Of a stretch of DNA of 39,567 nucleotides, positions 35,315 to 39,567 are shown in pieces. Under the pieces are notes generated by a model. That model saw only the letters and a list, made by a program, of their open reading frames with translations, did no database searches and was not told where the DNA came from. Position 1 is the stretch's first letter; each line of letters opens with the position of its first letter. Origin of the DNA: a virus (Duplodnaviria; Caudoviricetes). The stretch spans positions 1-39,567 of the IMG/VR virus record IMGVR_UViG_3300049182_000081; one strand, written 5' to 3'. Position numbers and translations under genes: made by a program.

Positions 35315-36640
35315 ATGGCAAACCAGTTTCTCAACGCACAGGAGTATGCCAATGTCATGCTCCTGCTCGCCAAGAACCAACTCGTCACCGGCAAGATGGT
35401 GCGCGGGCAGTTCAACAACCAGGTGACTGACGAAAACGGCCTGTCCGTCAGCGTCAAGCGCCCGCCCCGCTTCGCCCGCAACAACTCGGCCTCGTTCAAT
35501 GCGTCGCTCGAATTGCAGGATATCGTGACGGGTTCGAAGAACGTCGCCGTCAACCAGTATGCCAAGGTGCATATCGGCGTGGGCGATATCGAATACGTCC
35601 AGTCCTACAACGCCCTGATGCGGAACGAAACGATGAAGTCGGCAGCGACCACGCTGGCCCACCAGTTCGACTCGTTCCTCCAGTCGAAGGTGGCCGAGTT
35701 CTCGCCGTATGTCGGCGCCGCAACTTTCGCCACTGATGCGAACAACGCGATTGCCACGCCGGCTGACTTCAACCGCGTCCACACTCGCCTGATGGATTAC
35801 GGCGTTCCGAACAGCGACCTTTGCTCGACCGTCCTGTTCAATGACGGCGAAAAGATGCGCGGTTCGCTGATCGGCGGCGACATTCAGGGCGTGAACCGCA
35901 CTGCTCTGGAACGCGTCCGTATCCCGATGCTGTCGGAAATCGACGTTTACGCCACCCAGCAGTGCCCGGCTGTCACCAACGGCACCCGCGTTGCCGCCGC
36001 GACCACGGCGATCAACAACGGCACCCTCTCGGTGAACTACCGTGATGTGAAGGATACGATGGTTCAGACCATCACCATCGACGGTCAGGCCACCGGCGCG
36101 ACCGTCACCGTGGGTGAAAAGCTGACCATTGCTGGCGTGTTCGCCTACGATTGGCGCAATCAGGTGGCCCTGCCCTACCTCCAGACCTTCACGGTCGTCG
36201 GCGGCACGGGCGTGGCGGCTGGTTCGCCGATCGGCACCACGATCACCCTCGGTGTGTCGGGCGCCGGCAACCTGATCATCAGCCCGCCGATCATCGTTCC
36301 GGGCACCAACGATGGCGTTTCGACCGCAGCCAACACCGCCTTCGCCACCTGCGCGCAGGCTCCGGTGAACGATGCAGTCGTCACCCACCTCGGTGCCGCC
36401 GGTGCCACCCGTCGCATCCGCGCCGCGTGGAACAAGTCGGCCATCACGATGGTTTCGGCCCGTCTGGTTTCGCCCTTCACTGGCGAGAGCAGCTTCGCAA
36501 CCGATCCGGAAACGGGTATCAGCATCCGCTACTGGCGCGGGTCGGATATCTCAACCGGCCAGCACATCCACCGCTGGGATGCCATCTTCGGGGCGACCAA
36601 CCTCGACCCGCTGATGGGTGCTGAAATTAGCGGCGCGTAG
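35315..36640 (+). CDS. Major capsid protein (P22 coat-like) with inserted domain
   Basis: MAN.FL start, V..P.RF, G...TIAGV...QTF.V...I.PPI insertion, GISIR, R.D..FG. Confidence 0.92.
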   Translation: MANQFLNAQEYANVMLLLAKNQLVTGKMVRGQFNNQVTDENGLSVSVKRPPRFARNNSASFNASLELQDIVTGSKNVAVNQYAKVHIGVGDIEYVQSYNALMRNETMKSAATTLAHQFDSFLQSKVAEFSPYVGAATFATDANNAIATPADFNRVHTRLMDYGVPNSDLCSTVLFNDGEKMRGSLIGGDIQGVNRTALERVRIPMLSEIDVYATQQCPAVTNGTRVAAATTAINNGTLSVNYRDVKDTMVQTITIDGQATGATVTVGEKLTIAGVFAYDWRNQVALPYLQTFTVVGGTGVAAGSPIGTTITLGVSGAGNLIISPPIIVPGTNDGVSTAANTAFATCAQAPVNDAVVTHLGAAGATRRIRAAWNKSAITMVSARLVSPFTGESSFATDPETGISIRYWRGSDISTGQHIHRWDAIFGATNLDPLMGAEISGA

Positions 36641-36659
36641 CACCCCTCTGCGCTGTTCT

Positions 36660-36716
36660 TGACCGGAGCGGGGCGCTCTCTCCCTCCCCTCCCCTCCGCC
36701 CCCTCCGGTCATTTTT
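36660..36716 (+). terminator. Intrinsic terminator after the capsid gene
   Basis: TGACCGGAG..GGGGCG / CGCCCC.CTCCGGTCA stem followed by TTTTT. Confidence 0.65.
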
Positions 36717-36729
36717 CAAGGATACCCCA

Positions 36730-36990
36730 ATGGAAGTCCAAGAAGGTTACGCTGCAAACCGCATCGCGGCCAACTCGACCAGCAACTTGACCTGCAACAA
36801 CGTAGCGGGCTTTTTGGCTGACGCTGCGGGCACGATCACCGTGACCTTGCTCGATACGCCGAACGTGGTTTTAATCAATGTTATGGCTGTTGTGGCCGGT
36901 GGCTACTACCCAATGCCCTTCCGCGTGAACGCCGCTGGTGTGCGAGTAGCGACAGCGGGCGGCGCAGCGGGTTGCTTGTTCACGGCCTGA
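36730..36990 (+). CDS. Small virion protein (head decoration / spike-base-like)
   Basis: 86 aa, beta-rich; AAGGA RBS. Confidence 0.6.
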   Translation: MEVQEGYAANRIAANSTSNLTCNNVAGFLADAAGTITVTLLDTPNVVLINVMAVVAGGYYPMPFRVNAAGVRVATAGGAAGCLFTA

Positions 36991-36994
36991 TGCT

Positions 36995-37726
36995 GTGACC
37001 GCCTCGCTTTTCTCTGCGAATATGCGCCTTCGTATGGGCGCTGCACCGGGCTTGAACCCCGCACTTGTGTCGTCATCTGCCACGTTGGCGGTTTATGACT
37101 GGACAACGCCTAGCACCATGACTGCGGGCGCTGGCGGGCCTGTTTCCAATGGCAGCACGATTGCGCTTGTCCCTAACGTCAAAAGCCCCGGCACGCTTGA
37201 CCTTGGGCAGACTGTCGCCGGAGACCGCCCCACATATACGAACGGCGCAATTCATGACGGTGTATCGGATTTCCTGCGGGTGCCGTTTACCGCCAACACT
37301 GGCCCTGCGAATGCGACATTGGTTTATGTCGTCAAGACAAGCGACACCCAATTCATGCTTGGCGGAACGGATGACGCGGGGCAGTTTTATGCTGCTGCGG
37401 AAGATGGCAACGCATCGACTGCTAGCTGGGCTGGCAGCGCGGCCTATTATGCTAATAGCAGCCTTATCTCGGCGGGCCTTGCAACGCGCAACGAGGTTCG
37501 GGACGCATGGGCCACTGGATCGGCAGTAGTTGCACGGGTGCAGGCTGCGGCGTTTCAATCGCCAACCATATCTGACATTCGCAATTCGTATTCGGGCGCG
37601 GGTTTCTTCATCAACGGCAATTGTATGCTGATTGCCATTTTGAACGCTAGCGACGGGAATTACTCAACCGCGATTGCGCTGGCTGAGGCCGAAGCTGCGC
37701 GAGTTATTAGCGCGCTCGGGCTTTGA
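36995..37726 (+). CDS. Putative head fibre / lectin-like virion protein
   Basis: A/G/T-rich; L.Q.....RP.Y....DG..DFL pattern; start uncertain. Confidence 0.55.
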   Translation: MTASLFSANMRLRMGAAPGLNPALVSSSATLAVYDWTTPSTMTAGAGGPVSNGSTIALVPNVKSPGTLDLGQTVAGDRPTYTNGAIHDGVSDFLRVPFTANTGPANATLVYVVKTSDTQFMLGGTDDAGQFYAAAEDGNASTASWAGSAAYYANSSLISAGLATRNEVRDAWATGSAVVARVQAAAFQSPTISDIRNSYSGAGFFINGNCMLIAILNASDGNYSTAIALAEAEAARVISALGL

Positions 37727-37759
37727 GGCGCGCAAGGTTACAGAGGGAAGGACGCAACC

Positions 37760-38137
37760 ATGAATGACGGTTTCCCCGCTTGGCGCTACGGCCCTAACGG
37801 TCAGTCGGAGATTTTCAATTCCGCGATCGAAGTGCCTGATGGCTGGACGGACACCCCTCCTGCGCAGGCTGACTGGTTCGACCCTTTTCAGACAAGCGAT
37901 GAAGTTTCTGCCCCTTCTCGCCGCACCGCCAACTTGACCCCAAGCGACAACGCCTTGCTGCCGCGCGCGACCAAGGCTCTCTATGTCGGCACTGGCGGAA
38001 CAATCGTTTTGCGAGCGGTGGATGACGACAGTGACACCACCTTCGCCAACGTAGCAGACGGCGCGATCCTTGACGTTCGGGTGGTAGCTATCCGGTCGAA
38101 TGGCACCACAGCTTCAAATATTGTGGGGTTCTTCTGA
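37760..38137 (+). CDS. Head spike base protein, RcGTA Rcc01079-like, with N-terminal extra module
   Basis: TPSD...LP..TKALYVG.GG.......D....F........L.VRV..I...GTTA..IVG. Confidence 0.7.
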   Translation: MNDGFPAWRYGPNGQSEIFNSAIEVPDGWTDTPPAQADWFDPFQTSDEVSAPSRRTANLTPSDNALLPRATKALYVGTGGTIVLRAVDDDSDTTFANVADGAILDVRVVAIRSNGTTASNIVGFF

Positions 38138-38337
38138 TGCTGGCCGAGATTGAAGCATTCATGGAGCGACACGAGTTGCCGCCTACGCGCTTTGGCCGAA
38201 TGTATGCCAAAGACCCTCGATTTGTTTTGGATTTGCGCAACGGTCGAAAGCTGCGTTCGGCAAACGCGCAGCGGCTCAAAGCATGGATGGGGGGTTTTGA
38301 CGCCGCTGCGGCCCTTTACCTCCATGGCCCCGAGTGA
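38137..38337 (+). CDS. Small Cro/XRE-like HTH protein
   Basis: IE.F..RH...PTRFGR....DPRFV.DLR.GR. Confidence 0.7.
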   Translation: MLAEIEAFMERHELPPTRFGRMYAKDPRFVLDLRNGRKLRSANAQRLKAWMGGFDAAAALYLHGPE

Positions 38338-38406
38338 TATAGCGCGCAAGACTGTTTAAAGTTTCTCCGCCCCGCCTCGGCGCACCTTTTCTGGAAGACG
38401 TTGAAA

Positions 38407-39567
38407 ATGGAAAACGAACCCGATCCGAATAGCCTTTGGCTCGACGTTGTTCGGGTCGTCAGTCAGAACGATATCCCCAACATCAAGGCCGGCGTGACGC
38501 CCGCGCTGATCTGGGAAAAAGACAACTCGATCTTTTACGTCCGCAACAGCCGCAATACCGCATGGATACCTGTGACGGTGAGCGGTGGCGGCTCGGGCAT
38601 CCCCGGCCCCGAAGGCCCTCCCGGCCCGCAAGGCCCCGCTGGCCCGCAGGGCGAACCCGGCCTGAACGGAAGCCAAGGTATCCAAGGTATCCAAGGCGAA
38701 CAGGGTGAAACCGGCCCGCAGGGTATTCAGGGTATTCAAGGCGAACAAGGCCCAACTGGCCCGCAAGGCCCCGCAGGCGCAACCGGCGCAACCGGCGCAA
38801 CTGGCCCCGAAGGCCCGCAAGGCCCCGCTGGACAGGGTGTGCCCACCGGCGGCACCGCGGGCCAAGTCCTCGCCAAGAGCACCTCGGGCGATTACGACAC
38901 CGAATGGGTTTCCCCCGCTGGCGGAGGCGTTCTCGATCTCTACGACTTCTGGCAGGAGTCGTGGATCAGCAACGCGAGCGCCACGGTCATCGACCGCTGG
39001 GTTGGCGCGGCTGTGTCGTCGGGCACGAACAACACCGCGATCCCGGCCACGGCGATTAGCAGCCTGTTCCACCACGGCGTGTTCCTGCGCTCCAGCACCA
39101 CGGCCAACGGCGGCTACCGCTACCAGACTTCCTCGGTTGTGGGCGATACGTTCGGCCAGACCACGCACAAGTTCCGCTGTGCGTTCATCTGGCTTACCTC
39201 CATGACTGACCGCACCGTGCGGATCGGCTATCACGACACGAACACTGTGACCGACGCAGTGGACGGGGCTTATTTTGAAATCATTGGCACGACTTGCACG
39301 GCCAAGACCGCGGCGAACAGCGTTCGCACCTCGAACCCGACCACGGTGACACTCGCCATCAACACCCCCTACGTGTTCGACATCGAAGTGAACGCGGCGG
39401 GCACCGAAGCGCGCTTCCGTGTGTTCAACGGCAGCACGGGCGCGACCTTGCTCGATGTGACGAACACGACCAATATTCCGACCGGCACGGCGCGCAGCTT
39501 CGGCAGCGGTATCGTGGCGACCGAACTTAGCACGACCGCCAGCGACATTGGCGTTCTCTATATGCTC
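38407..39567 (+). CDS. Collagen-repeat fibre protein (3'-truncated by window)
   Basis: Open frame MENEPDPNS...; Gly-X-Y run at about 38600-38835; [13 protein letters not shown].....YDTEW; then a beta-rich domain. Confidence 0.85.
   Translation, partial: MENEPDPNSLWLDVVRVVSQNDIPNIKAGVTPALIWEKDNSIFYVRNSRNTAWIPVTVSGGGSGIPGPEGPPGPQGPAGPQGEPGLNGSQGIQGIQGEQGETGPQGIQGIQGEQGPTGPQGPAGATGATGATGPEGPQGPAGQGVPTGGTAGQVLAKSTSGDYDTEWVSPAGGGVLDLYDFWQESWISNASATVIDRWVGAAVSSGTNNTAIPATAISSLFHHGVFLRSSTTANGGYRYQTSSVVGDTFGQTTHKFRCAFIWLTSMTDRTVRIGYHDTNTVTDAVDGAYFEIIGTTCTAKTAANSVRTSNPTTVTLAINTPYVFDIEVNAAGTEARFRVFNGSTGATLLDVTNTTNIPTGTARSFGSGIVATELSTTASDIGVLYML

Larger units (their letters stand above)
1..39567. mobile_element. 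Near-complete podovirus-like bacteriophage genome (P22-like virion module, APSE-like replication module)
   Basis: Terminase, portal, scaffold, coat, ejection and lysis genes on +; replication and early genes on -; tight ATGA/TAATG/GTGA gene overlaps; no host genes seen. Confidence 0.95.

Noticed and set aside
38600-38835. Tandem DNA repeats near the right end
   Set aside because: Fully explained by collagen Gly-X-Y coding
273-39234. Long antisense ORFs (e.g. 273-1505, 4724-6376, 6304-8343, 20954-22765, 35231-36388, 38356-39234)
   Set aside because: Shadow frames of GC-rich genes on the opposite strand; no motifs or RBS

Overview
The window holds most of a ~40 kb podovirus-type phage genome, cut inside the head/tail region at both ends. 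The GC-rich composition and several small-protein types suggest an alphaproteobacterial (probably sphingomonad) host; this is inference. The plus-strand late arm is P22-like: TerS, TerL, portal, scaffold, coat, head-decoration/spike genes and a collagen fibre at 30.4-39.6 kb, then adaptor, split gp10-like tail hub, fibre, GNAT, three ejection proteins and a lysis cassette at 0-11.2 kb. The minus-strand arm (11.2-30 kb) has an APSE-like replication module (RuvC-like, PolA, DUF2815-type SSB, DUF2800 nuclease, SNF2 helicase, primase-polymerase/AAA helicase) and about 25 small early genes. Most notable: (1) a tandem array of four mini-genes at 23.5-24.4 kb with identical 5' and 3' ends but unrelated middles, joined by a ~60 bp repeat that is stop, RBS and start at once; (2) a TGT/DpdA-like gene plus a divergent QueD-like gene inserted between SSB and PolA; (3) a C5-methyltransferase apparently made of two overprinted reading frames; (4) a shared VD(T/V)S(I/Q)F C-terminal tail on three proteins; (5) a gp10-like gene split by an inserted gene. 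No integrase, tRNA or CRISPR array was recognised. All family assignments come from motif recognition by eye, not from database searches.
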